A stretch of DNA of 64,000 bases, from contig CP075495.1 in assembly GCA_021613535.1 (NCBI GenBank), positions 2,232,001 to 2,296,000 of the forward strand, in the 5' to 3' direction. Each line of letters opens with the position of its first letter. Position 1 is the first letter of the stretch. The notes under the pieces were generated by a model. The model ran no database searches. It saw only the letters and a list, made by a program, of their open reading frames with translations, and was not told the origin of the DNA. This stretch comes from Adineta vaga (Eukaryota; Animalia; Rotifera). The position numbers were made by a program, and so were the translations under genes. Shown one piece after another: positions 29,154-42,525 of the stretch.

Positions 29154-30011
29154 TAAAATTAATGATTTTTCTTTTTCATTTCGTCTATTATTTTCTTTAC
29201 AAATCTTTCGAGAAGATTCTTAACTTGCTCTTCGAAAAATACCTTCGATTTGTTGTTTCTTTTTATTGCCAGCTGGCATTCAAATTAACTTGCAATTAAT
29301 CACTTCAATTATCTCTTCTGTAACGTTCAGCACAATATAAACTTACGATCTAGTGTTTGTATTCGAAGATGATCATAGCCAGACATCGATAATCGAGAAA
29401 CAAAATGAGACAAACAATTCAATCGCGTAAACATTGAAAAAAAAGAAGAAGAATTTTCTCTTTTCAAAATCATAATATATACATTGAATAATTAATTGTG
29501 ATCAAGTTCGAAAAGAAAATATTGCATGTGACTATTGTCGCCTGCGAAATGGCAATAAGAGAGAGAAAGAGATAGACAGAGATATAAATGTATATTTATC
29601 CTAAAACACGAGCACATGAAATGAAACAGAATAAAAATCTCAAAAGAAAAGAAAGATTAAGAAAAAATTGACATTGTTATTATTATTATTCGAAAGTCTT
29701 TAAGAAAAAGTCTTTTTCTCTATGACTCCCTGAAGAGTAAGTAAAGAAATGAGTTTTAATAATTAAATGGAAGTTGACTAATAAAATGTGTTTACTAAAG
29801 TGTAACGATATAGATAGATAAGATGCTTCTCCAGGGATTAGTTTTCGCTAATTAAAATGATAGATAGATAGACAGACATTACAATCTGCCAAGTGTTTAT
29901 TGAAAGAACACACACACACACACGCTTACATCATTGAAATATATTTATATAAGTAAAACGCACAAACAGAGAGAGAGAGAGAGAAAATTGAATATAGTCT
30001 CAGGTTTAGTT

Positions 30012-31003
30012 CTATTGTTGATTTGTAGGAGTTCGTTGATGCTGACTATCATCTGATATAGATGATGTTGATGATAAATTTGAATGATTCGATGGTGTTG
30101 ACCATGGTTGTAAATTTTGTAACGCATTTAGAGAGGCACTTGAAAATATCAAGGAATTATTATTATCATTGGAGATTTGTTGTGATGATGGTGAAGGTAA
30201 TTTTGGAGTTGATGATAATGAACGATGATGATGAGAATTTGTGAGAACAAGACGATTGGCTGCTTGTCGTTCTTGTTCACGTTCTTCGGCTGTTTGTCGT
30301 CGCCATTTTGTTCGACGATTTTGAAACCATGTCTAAAATCGATTCGTTGAAGAGAGAAACAAAGAGAAGAGAAATCTTTTCCTTTACTTTCACTTGAGCG
30401 TCGGTCATTTTTAAACCTTTGGCTAATTGTGAACGTTCCGATGAAGCTAAATATTTCTGTCGATGAAAACGTTTTTCTAATTCCTATAGAGAAAATGAGA
30501 AGATCAGAAGAAAAATGAAATCTTTCTATTTACAAGAATTTGTAAACGAGTAAATGATGTTCGAGGTTTTTTTCTCTTTGGTGGTGTCCGATTTTGATAA
30601 GGATGACCTAAACGTCGTTGATTATTGAATACTATTAAAAAAACATATAGAAATATGTGCGTGACTGGTCTCATTAAATGTGAATAGCAATTAACTTACA
30701 TGAAAAACGATCTTTGAGTATACTATCTGTTTGAATCCATGGATAAGTTCCATTGACAATTGGTAATAAAGAATAATCTTGATTACGATAGATTGATGAT
30801 GCTCGCATTAATTGTTCATAATTAGATAAATGATTAGTTGATTCATTCGTTGATACTGTTGAAATCGATTCAATTGGTCGATCATTAGATGATGAAATTA
30901 AATCTGAATTGGCTGATAAAGATGATGAAATCGTTGGAGAAATTGATGAAGTTACAGGTTGAGCAAGAAGATCTGAGATATTAAAACCAAGCTTCTTACT
31001 CAT
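30012..31003 (-). CDS. TLX: T-cell leukemia homeobox (Tlx/HOX11 family), 4 exons
   Basis: eh1-like FNISDLL, YPW motif, [22 protein letters not shown], helix 3 [21 protein letters not shown] and C-terminal [11 protein letters not shown]. Confidence 0.95.
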
Positions 31004-31938
31004 TGTTGTCAGATTGAATGAATGAATAAAAGAATAAAGATAGTTTTCAATTGTGAAATGATCCGTTTGTCATTTAGTTTATTAAAAACTCATTGAAGTA
31101 AATCATTTCTCTCTTGATATTACTGTCGCATTCTTTGTTGTGCATCGATCTATCTATCCAAGATTTAGCTCTTTTCTCTATTCTCGCTTTTATTCGTTTT
31201 TTTTCTTCTTCTTCTTCTTCTTTTCTTTTTTTATCGATGCCCATTAAAACGATCTGTTTCTGCTCAATGTAACCATCGCACAATTGCTTCGTTTTCTCTC
31301 TCTCTCTCTCTTCCTTTCTTCTTCATTCTCTCTAGTTCTGTCTGGCAAATTTGAGAATTGCTGAAACAACAATCAGAAATTGCACGCGATGATATGTTTA
31401 ATGTAATTGATTCTTCTCTTCTTCTTCTCATTCGTCGATCGTGATTGTCTTTTCTTCAACCAATTGACTGATCGTTTTTCCGTAGAGAAACATTTATCTT
31501 CTTCCTTTTGCTTGCCTTGTCTGTCGTCTCGATGGATAATCTCTTTTTCGTTAACCAATAATATGATCTCTTCTTAAGAAGAGAAAAATCATATTAGAAG
31601 AAACTATCAACAAAATTACAAACGCTTAGAATGATTATATTGATTGGATCTTATAGACAGACGAACGACTGTTGACGACACACATAGATACTGATAAGGA
31701 GTTGATGATATTTGTCTCTATACACACACACACACATACATGTACAAAGAAAAACGAGAAGAGGTGTTGAGTGAAAGATTTTTTTCGCTTGTGTATATAT
31801 CTGGTTAATGTCGATCAATCAGATAAATTACATCAGTTAACCAATAAATAGGTGTATTCATGCAATGATTTCTTTATATATTTATAAATATATCACATAA
31901 AATAAAATGTTTTGTTTTATTGAAATGAAAGAAGAAAG

Positions 31939-33984
31939 TTATTTATGAATTGAATCTAGAATTTCGATCGTTTTCCGTTCAAATATCACATTTGTTCGAT
32001 TAGTCATTTGTGGAAACATTCGTGAACAATAACGTGGTTCAGTTCCATGTTGACAATAGTAACCTTCGACGAAAACATGTCTGAGCGGTAGAACAAAACC
32101 AGAAATTGTTAGTACTATTCCAATTATCAGTATCATATATGGACCAATATTATCCAACGAAAAATGAGCTGTTGTTGTTGTTGGTTTTAATTTCAAATAA
32201 CATAGTGCAGGTATGATATAAGCAAGAGATGATGCAACTAATAATCCCTAGAAAATCGAACAAATGATTGCGAATGAAAATAATCATTTGATGTGAAATG
32301 TGATTTACATTGAGTTCAAGAACGATACCAAGACAATCTGTAGCTAATGATAATATCACACTCGCTGCTACAATAAAACTAGTAATGATATAATGTCGTC
32401 GATCAGAACTAAAGTTCATCCATTTATAACTAAGAATTTCGATTACCTTAAAATAAACAACTAGTTATCAATTTGTTTGTATTGAAAACATACTTGACGA
32501 CAAACAAGACATTCTAATGGAAATGTCAACATTATGTTTATAGCATAGATAAGTCGAGCTATATTGATAAGTGTATCCCAATGACAATAATTTTCCAAAA
32601 GATCACCTTCAAAGAAATACAAAACAGATAGATGGTTTTCTCAACGGCATTTACCTTCTGTTTGTTGACCAAAGACAAGATAACCGGTCAATGCGTAAGT
32701 AACAGCAAAGACAAAAGCAATTGTTGTAGTAATCAATGTAACAGTTCGCCATCGTGGAAGTGTTTTTTCACTCATGGAATGAAAGATAAGAAATGAATTA
32801 TGTTGACACATAAAAGCAAAACTAAATACAAAAGAAATGTATGATCCGAAAAAAAAGACTACATCTTTCTTCTTACGCCATTACACCGATACTTTCAGCA
32901 AGATTAGTATTTACCATACGAACATCACGAATTTCGGCTGATCTAAAGAAGAACAATGAGAAGATTTCGAACTTATGTTTCGATTGAATTTCTTACAAAA
33001 ATGGTATCGTATCTGAACCACGTTTAATCAAGATTAATACTGTTGTCAAAACAAGAATTAATCCCATAAGTGATATCTGAGATAATTTTGCAATATTCCG
33101 ATAGAGAGATAATGGTAATGTAACAAAACATGAACAAAGAAAGATAATAACGTAACGATTTTGAAATAAATAAGGTATAGTTGGCCATAGACGATGAAGA
33201 ACTTTTGTAACTGTATCACCTAGATTTAGCTGAATGTAGAAGAAAAACGAATGAAAATATTTGAATAAATTTTACCAATGATTATATTATAAGAAATAAG
33301 ACAGATGAATGGATAGAGAAACTGAACTAGTGAAAGCCATAAAAAACCGGATTTGCCTAAAACATTATAAACAAGTTCTTGATAAGTTGTAACTTTTGCT
33401 ATTTGGCCTGAACGGATTAAAATTGTCGTTGAATAATCTGAATCCAAAAAAAAAGAATAGATGATATCTTTGTTTATTTTCGTCAAAAAATTGAAGATTT
33501 ATTCGAAGCACTGAGTCATATCATAGGTCATCTTTCCTTACCAGTCAAAATGGCCACAATGCCAAGTAATAGAATTCCAGTTAGATAACCGGATTGACGG
33601 AAAGCATAACTCATACCTAGACGAAATAAAGTTGAGTAAGAAGAGATTTGAAAAAGAAATAAAAACATACCAATAACACCAGATCCAACAATTGAATTGA
33701 TCAAATTGTAAGATGCTCCAGCGATACTACTTCGACGATGAATTTCATCTTCATCCTAATTTACTCAAAAATAGAAAATGAATCATTCAAAGTCCAAATT
33801 TAATAAAGTGACAGATATTCCTATCATTTTATTTCCTATCGAACTTACAATGAAGAAATGTGTTGATCTAAAGTGACAACAAATCAAAAAAATAAATAAC
33901 GAAATTAAATAGGATCATATACCCTATCATAGCTCGTTTTATGTAACGTTTTATTCGTCGATTGAATTTCAACAAAGTATCCAT
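31939..33984 (-). CDS. SLC38A11: Amino acid transporter, SLC38A11-like (Aa_trans family), multi-exon
   Basis: ASYNLINSIVGSGVIG, MISYNIIIGD-like segment, FAFMCQHNSFL, GDLLENYC, LTFPLECLVCR and C-terminal CQHGTEPRYC. Start codon tentative. Confidence 0.8.
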
Positions 33985-34341
33985 ATCGTCTTAGCACCAC
34001 CTCTCATTCCAACTACTCTCTACTAATTTTTATCTAGAAGAAAAACAGTCCTAAATGAAGAATTAATCATCGATGGTTGAATTCTATTTCTCTTTCATTT
34101 GTTTGTATACATATATATATATGAAAATAATAACAGAACAAAAAATAAGTCGGTGGTTTTGTTAGATAAAGTCAATAAGACATGTGTGATATGATTAGAA
34201 AAATTCGATTATGTCACAACAAGTAATTAAATAGAACGATAACAATAATCTTTTGAAAAACAAACACGAGGAAAGAGAAACACTGTTTCGAGTATGTTGC
34301 TTTCTAAAGAAATGGAATGACTAGTTGAAAAGAAATTTTGT

Positions 34342-36826
34342 CTAAAGTGTATAACGTTTTCGTTTACTTTTACAATATCGTCGTCGAACAAAAATCATAA
34401 TAATTACAATAATTAGAAGAAAATAAAATGAAGAACGTCGAAGAATCGAAGCTATAAATCCAAAGAAAACAGATTTTTGTTTCGAATCAGTACTAATTTC
34501 AATCATAGTGTATTGATCTATTGAAGCTTTACCATTAGAATTTAATTCTGATTGATCTTTCTTATTCACATTTTGATTATAACTTTCTACCGATGATAAA
34601 TCCAAATTATCCTTAGAATATTGTTTTAAAAGAAAATCAAGTGTAGACGTCATATCAAAATTTGTCTTATCGGTATGACATTTAGAACAAAGTTCTTCAG
34701 ATGGAAATTGTACTTTGGGATTTTGTGGATCTTCAGTTTCATCACCATGTAAACGTTCATTGACATGATTATGAACTAAAATTTTTATTATAGTAGTAGA
34801 ATTTTCAATGTTTTCTTTACTTTTCCAAAGATAGATGACAGCTGCATGTTTATTTTTTGAGTCAAGTTGATGAAGATCATCCGTTTCTTTCATGAAATTA
34901 TCACTACAATGTCGACAGCCAAAAAAATGTTTGATAAAACCTTTTATTGCTGATGGAATTTCAATGATACGCTGATTTTGAGATTCTATATACAGAGAAG
35001 AATGTTGAAATGCAGAGACTAGATTGAAAGAAACCTGTTTGAACTTGTGATACAGTTAATGTATGAAAAAGAAGCCAAAGTGCACATGGATAACCACGAT
35101 ATTGTGGAGCTGAACCTGTACAATAAATGTATCGAATTTGATTATTTGGGAGATAACTGGTAGGTGTATTAATATCGGCTAGTTCACGAAACTGTTTTCC
35201 TGTTAAACCACTTGAATGTTGATTGAGTTTGGATAATAGATCTTTGAGATAAGCCATAACTGGTTGACGACCAGGAAAATGCTAAAGACAATGTCAGAAA
35301 TTACAAAAACTTCGATTGTACTACCGATCATTTCTCTAGACTGAGAAAGATGTACGAAGAAACTTTCATATTTACTTTAGTAAGTACTGTTAACCAGTGC
35401 AACAATGCATCCAAAGATTCATTTTGTATTATTTTCATTCGTGGTATTTCTCGACGTAACATATAAGACAAAGCCGTTTCTAGATCGACCATATTCAATT
35501 TTGAATTCGCCGTATTACTTTCTCGAATACCATCTGTTTGTTTTTCTTCGGATTTTTTTACTGTCTCAGCATTTTTCAATGCATTTTTACTATGAATAAT
35601 TTCTTCTAAATCACGATCATCAAAATTATCAATACATTTTGTCGTATGAATATATGTACGAATAGCATAATTTAATAAATTTCGATTACCAAGATTTTCA
35701 CTAGAAAACAACAATAAAAACAAGTTTATTTCATTCATTTTCAAATTACTTCATATTTTGTTTTGTGTCTATTCTTTCGAATGTTCGATTAGGACGAATA
35801 ATTAAGAGAGCAGGTGTGTCACTGATATTCAACTGAAATCGAATCCATAATTTTCCATCGATTGTCGTACGAAAAATTGCTAATTGATCATGATATTTAG
35901 AAAAATCCAACATAATCTGCAAAAAGAAACTTCTTATCAGATCTTTCCGTAAACAATTGTTTAACATACTTGTCGAGCAGTAAAATCTTCTCGTTTTTCC
36001 ACAATAAGTAAAACAAGTTTGACCGTTGTTGGCGCACGTGAATAGATATCATCGAATGCAATTCGACTATTCAACAAATTAAAATTATGCAATCATAACG
36101 AAAATAGAAAATTTTACTTAATCGGTGAAAAATTCGGCCAAATTTTATCGGTTCTTTGTAATGCATCTAGTTCTTTGATCAATTCTCTTTCAGCACCTTT
36201 TGAATCAGAAGCTGTTAGCTGTATAGACTTAGATGTATTCATATAAGATTCAGGTGCAATAAACTAAAATAAGAAGAGTCATAGAAGATCAACATTTCTT
36301 TTTTTTATCGAGTTGATTTACTCGAAGTGTTGGATAAGCCATAATAGTATGTTGATCACATGTAGCAGTATTTTCTTCAGCATAGCAATTTATTGCTCCA
36401 ATACGCACGACTGTTCTCCATCCTGATTGAAGAAGAGGGAGAAAAAAGCAGATGTTCGATGATTAAAAAACTTCACTTTCTCCTTACCCCAAGTATCAAT
36501 AGCCACTTCTCTATATGTCTGATAGGAGGAAAAAAAAGAGAGATAAGTTTAATATACAAACCAATGTTAAAGATAAATAATCATCATCTTACGTTTGCAT
36601 ATGATTGACAATGTCCACACCAACTTGCATAGAATTCAACAAGCCATGCTGTTTTAGATTGATAGACTGTCGATGTAAAATTTTGACCTGTTAAGATCAC
36701 GACTTTATCGTTTGCAGTATATAATGAAACAGAATTTTGAGCTGGTAAAACTGCTGATGAAGTCAGTTGAAAGTGAACGATGAGAAGACATAGAGACAAA
36801 TACCGATAAATAAATACGAATTTCAT
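34342..36826 (-). CDS. QSOX: Quiescin sulfhydryl oxidase with C-terminal transmembrane anchor, multi-exon
   Basis: Signal peptide; thioredoxin [13 protein letters not shown]; Erv domain [29 protein letters not shown]...[19 protein letters not shown]. Confidence 0.93.
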
Positions 36827-37637
36827 CGACGAATCGAAACAAATCACATTTAATTCTAATCTAAAATGTTCACTAAAGATTTTCACTACTATGCATAGTT
36901 TGTTATTCTTTCGCGCTCTATTTTGTTTTTCACAGATAAGAGTAAGAAGAAGAAGACGACAAAGAAAAATTCATTCCGTTGATTCTTTTTCGAACAAAGA
37001 GAAAAAGAAGAAGAGAAATGACGACAATTTTCATGTGGGTTATTGATGAATAAATTATTGAAGTGATAGATGAGAGGCTCTACGTCTATACAACATGATG
37101 ACAGAGCGCAAGAAAAGAAAAGTAGACAATATGACAGTCCTTTTAATCCTCTGCACAAAGTTTGCCTCGTTCTCCTCCGCTTTACAAATTTATCATCCAC
37201 CTGATAATAGGTAGACTTAAACACGCCATTAATCAAATCGAACAAACCTATTCATAAAGAAGCTTTTGAACTCAAGAATATTCTTTCGTCAAAAAAAACT
37301 CATATTACTAATTAGTCCTTCGTATAAAAAGTTTAACGACATCAAGTAGCCTTTACATATACATCGTCTCTTTTGAATGACACTCGATAATCAACATTCC
37401 TAATCAATTGTAGAATTTGACATTTGAAAAGATTTAATCCTTTTATCCCGGAGAGGCACGTACCGGGTTAATCAATCCTTGCATAGATTACAAGCACATA
37501 TACATCATTGACGGCGATTAGATTAAGTTAACTCAAAAATTGATCGAAACCCTATTAGATACTTTTTGATTTCCAAAGAATCAATGAAACAAGTTTTTTT
37601 TTCGAATAAAAATGATATTATAAATCACAAACTACTT

Positions 37638-38931
37638 TTATTGATCAGTAAAATTAGGTTGACGTTTTTCAATAAAAGCTGTCATACCTTCTTTCCGATC
37701 AGTCTAAATAAAAATGTTATTAAATATTTATTTCAATTATCTTCTTAACACGTACCAAACCAAATGTCATGTAAGAAAGTGTTTTTTCCAATCGAATACC
37801 TTCTGCTAATGTTGTTTCGAATGCTAAATGGCAAAATCAAAAAGACAGCAATGTATGATGTAAAAATAATAATTTTTTTACCAGCATTTACAGCTTCTTT
37901 GGCTAATTGTACTACAATTTTCGAATGATTTCCTATCTTTTCTGCTGTTTTAATCGCTTCTTCAACAAGTTCTTCGGCTGGAAAAACAGCACTAACTAAA
38001 CCAATTCGTTCAGCTTCTTCCGCATTCATTCGATTTCCTGTCAAGATCATTTCCATTGCTTTGGATTTGCCAACAAAATGCGATAAACGTTGAGTACCAC
38101 CAGCCCCTTACAGAATACCAATTTATATATATATATAAAACAATGTAGTAAACATTTTTTTCTTTCTACCAGGAATAGTACCAATAGTAACTTCTGGTTG
38201 ACTAAATTCTGCTTTATGACCAGCATAGATAATATCACACATCATTGATAATTCACACCCGCCACCTAACTAATAGTAAACAAGAAGTAAATGAATGCCA
38301 GAGAAAGAAACATACTGCAAAACCATTAACAGCAGCAATGATAGGTTTTCTTAGTCTTGATACTACGGATAATTGATTGGGAAAATCAGATTTGATGATT
38401 TGTGACATGGTTTCCAATTGCATTTCTTTTATATCCGCACCGACTAAAATTAGAAATAATTATCGAATATTTACAAAGAAAACTTTCGAAGAATTTACTA
38501 GAAAATGCTCGCATACCACCGGTCAGAACAATACAAGCAATTTTATCATCTTTATCAAGTAAATTTAATACTTTAGTTAACTAAAAGACAGAAAAATAGG
38601 ATTATTTATCAACGAAAATATTCCATTTTACTTCTGTCATTAGTTTATTGCAAAGAGAATTGAATGCTTTAGGTCGATTGAGTTGAACAACTGCCACATT
38701 TGACTTTTGCCCTTTGATATCCACTAATATATATTCATAATTCGTCTTCGTTTCCGTCTGTTCTCCTGATCTTTTGTCATTATCTTTATATTAGAAAAGA
38801 AACCAAATAATCAATCGCGCTTATTGTTTCAAAATACTTTGCTGCACGGAACTCGATGAAATCAGTCGCGAAATTATCGATGTACTTTGTATTGATTTCT
38901 TTAGAAACGTAGTCGTTGTCTTGGAAAGCAT
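37638..38931 (-). CDS. ECHS1: Mitochondrial short-chain enoyl-CoA hydratase, multi-exon
   Basis: [52 protein letters not shown]-terminus [20 protein letters not shown]; N-terminal transit-like peptide. Confidence 0.93.
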
Positions 38932-39429
38932 TATCGATATCTATAACATATAATCAACATATCATAAAAAATTTCCTTCTTTTTCTTTTCATCAAAACAC
39001 GACAAGTCTATTTTCAATCTAATCAAGTGTATGAGAAAAAAAGCAAACCATCATGTCAACTAACATTATTGGATGAAAACTATACCAATGAAAATGTCAG
39101 TATTTTGAAAGTAAATATTAAGATAGATAAGTAAGCAATATTTAAAGCATTCAATATATTTTGTAAAATTATTTATTTGAAATAACACAGTCGATGAATA
39201 CAGATAGTCAAATGAAAAAAGAAAATAGAGTTTACTATGTTTAATTCCTTTTATTCGAGATTATCTCGATTGATATGTGAAGAAGAACTTGTTTAAGAAG
39301 CATCAGGAGAAGAAAGAATCATTTGTCACTGTTAACAAAGACAAATTCAATAAATATATATCAATCGAATGATGCTGATGTTGATAAAGCTAGAAAGGAA
39401 TCTTTTGACATTTAATTAGAATGAGCTGC

Positions 39430-41340
39430 TCAATACTTACGAGGACGTCCAAGTGCTGACCGTACAATTTGATGCATACATCGTTGAAATTCTTTTAAAA
39501 TTATATGTTGCGTATCAAGAGTATTGGTTTGATTCATTTCACATTGTTGACCAGTTACTAATAAACAAGTAGCTAATGCTTCTGTTACTTCCATATTAAA
39601 CACATTATTTGGCGTCGTACTGAACATAAAAAATGAGCATTAGTTATCATCAATAGAATCTCCTCTTACGTTTCTGTTGGTGGTCCAGTTCGAGGTATTT
39701 GATCAAGTGGAGTTTGTGTCGTAGTCTTAGGTTGACCCGAACGATAGAAACCAACATTCAATGGATGTATTGATTGTTCTGTATTCTTACAACCAATACT
39801 AAAATTTACAAAATCGAATGCATCGGTCTGATAGCCTATAGGAAATGTATGTATATTTACCATTTACATAAGCTTGTACAAGGTACTCTAGACTATGAAG
39901 GAAAAAATCAGTTGTTTGATTGAAGAACAGAAGTAAATGTATCGACTTACTTCATAACATTCACAATATCGCTTGTGACAACTAGATTTTTTACACTAAA
40001 CAAAAAATTGCTCATTATTACTCCTATCAATAGATAATCAATTTCAACATACATTACAACCTTTCAGAGGTCGATCAGGTTGAGTAACTGTAGTATTTGC
40101 TATATATATATAGAAAGAAAACAGAAATATTGAATTTGTAATAAGAATTAAATGAAACGAACCAAACTTATACATTTTTGATTTGAAGGCATTCGGATTA
40201 CGTTCAAGAGTAGTATTGATTGCTTTTGTACGTTCTTCTTCATGTCGTACATCATTGTGACAATTTAGACATGCACAATTTTGACAATTCAATCCATTTG
40301 CAAAGCAATCACAATATCTATTCGAAAGATAATTTACATATTGTTAGTTTTTATGATAGAGACATACAATTTCAGACACATAGATTTTGTACAATTACAT
40401 GGTTTTCGTTGATATTGAACTGGTAAATAATCAGCATTTGATGTTCTAGAAACATTGACAAAGAACTTTCATGATTAGAGAAGATAAATAGAAATATTTG
40501 AAGTTAACCTGATGTTTGATTGAGATTGATCTGTGGTAAAGAGAACAGCATTTGTTTGATTTTCTTTTTGAGTTAAATTTGGATCTTGTTGAAGTTGTAA
40601 CTAAAAATAAAACTCTTCAAATACAAATTTTATTTATGAAAAAAGAAGTACTGTGACAACTGGTTGAGTAATGACAATATTACCATGTTGTTGAAGTAAT
40701 AATTGTTGACCTGATGTTTGTACTAAGAAACAATCAAAAATAATCTGTCTTGAATCATAAGGATCTATCTCTCTCTCTATCTTACTTGTTGATATTTCAT
40801 TAGGATTAATGAATGTTGATGGAGTGACCAGACGTAAGGTTGAATAAGGTGTAGAACTTGTTGACGATTGTGAAATGACTGTCGCAAGTGACAAAGTATT
40901 TTGTTGTAGAGAGGTTAGAACATCGGATTTTGGTACTGTTGAAAATGTAATACTGGAATTATGTAAATCAGAAGAATCAAGAGCCAAGCGTTTATTTGGT
41001 TGATGTGATTCAATATTATCACTCTGAAACGAAATGAGATGACAAATTCGAATTCAAACAATATGAATGGTCATACCGATTGTAAAATAATCGGTTTTAC
41101 ATCAATACCAGTTATACTTGCTGTTGTTGTCGTAAGTGCTTGTTGAATACTGTCTCGATATGGTTTAACAATAACACTTTTATATGGCGTTGTTGAAGAT
41201 GAAGTAGATTGAATAGTTTGTTGATGAAGAATTATCGGTGGTCGAACAGTTGGATGTGTAGTAACTGTTTGAATTGAAGGATTTGAAGTTGGTGATGAAG
41301 AAGATGGTAGAAGAACAATCGATGGAGGATTACCAGACAT
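39430..41340 (-). CDS. LIN54: LIN54/tesmin-like CRC (CXC-hinge-CXC) protein, MuvB/DREAM subunit
   Basis: [22 protein letters not shown]...ERNPNAFK hinge...[19 protein letters not shown]; C-terminal [11 protein letters not shown]...[13 protein letters not shown]. Confidence 0.88.
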
Positions 41341-41586
41341 TAAAATACTTTTAATGAAATGATTGATGATTATGGTTCTTTTTCATTGATAAAAAGAACG
41401 AATTTAATAATACTATCCTTCCTTGTTCATATGCTATATGATTGATGGAAACGTTGTTCAAATGAATGACGATTGCAGAGGTCAGTATACGTCGATGCTG
41501 GACATTGACTGACCTGACTGTACATCAACTAATAAAGATATATTAGGTGTAAAGTAGAATTTATTATACAAAACAAATCATACAAT

Positions 41587-42051
41587 TCAAGCAAATGTTA
41601 TCTGCGATTTTCTTTTTAGACAATCGAGAATTTCTGTCAGAAATGAAAAGCTCGGTTTAACAACATTTAAAGTAATATCAGCAACAATTCGGTCTGTTTT
41701 GTTCATTGCATTTCGTTGTTGTTCGACAGTTGTAGCTTGTTTTAATTGACCTTTGATTTCTGGTATACGAGTTATTTCTGCTTCATTTAAAGTGATAGTA
41801 TATTGCATTCTTGTTAGATTGTAAGTGTCCGAAACACATTCCGAAAAAATCGGACGAATATCAGTAGGAATTTGATCAATCATATCATATGTTCGAGAAA
41901 TTAATAGTTGTATTTTACGTACTTGTAAATGTAATTGATCGAGTAATCGAAATATTTCCGTGAACAATGGATGTTGATTCGTTGAGATAGTTTTTTCGTC
42001 AATTGACAAAATTGACTGAATAAAAAGGAAGACGAAAAGATATTCGAACAT
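41587..42051 (-). CDS. Small secreted alpha-helical protein of unknown function; intronless
   Basis: 154-aa ORF with signal peptide (MFEYLFVFLFIQSILS), amphipathic helices and two Cys. Confidence 0.6.
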   Translation of the reverse strand: MFEYLFVFLFIQSILSIDEKTISTNQHPLFTEIFRLLDQLHLQVRKIQLLISRTYDMIDQIPTDIRPIFSECVSDTYNLTRMQYTITLNEAEITRIPEIKGQLKQATTVEQQRNAMNKTDRIVADITLNVVKPSFSFLTEILDCLKRKSQITFA

Positions 42052-42525
42052 GTTGAGTGAGAGAAGTGAAAATATAAGAATGAAGATGAGAAATATCGCA
42101 CACGACTTTTTCTTTCTTCTCTATCGATTAAATCGTTTTTTCACGAATTGTTTATCACACTGTTCATAAGCAGCTTTATGTCTCTTCAATATATTGTCTA
42201 GGCAACTATGGTGTGGGTAAGGATGTGAATACATTACCGTTATTTAACTTTTGTAATGTGTCTCTATTGAGAAGCATTCGTATATTTAAATATTTGATCA
42301 GGATCCTCTTATATTGGTGTAAATACGATTTTTAAAACTGATTGATTGGAATTGTATGTCAAATGTTCACATATCTCAGTTAATTTTAGAAATAATACGA
42401 CAGACAAATATTAATATTATCGAACAAAACTACATTTCTATGTAGAAACTTTTCGATAGAACAGATAAGAAAAACAGTCGTTTATTGTATGTATTATCAA
42501 TATCTGTATCATATACAGAATATAC

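Noticed and set aside
37325-37355. CGACATCAAG resembling a U11 snRNA loop
   Set aside because: No U11 5' end or properly placed Sm site.
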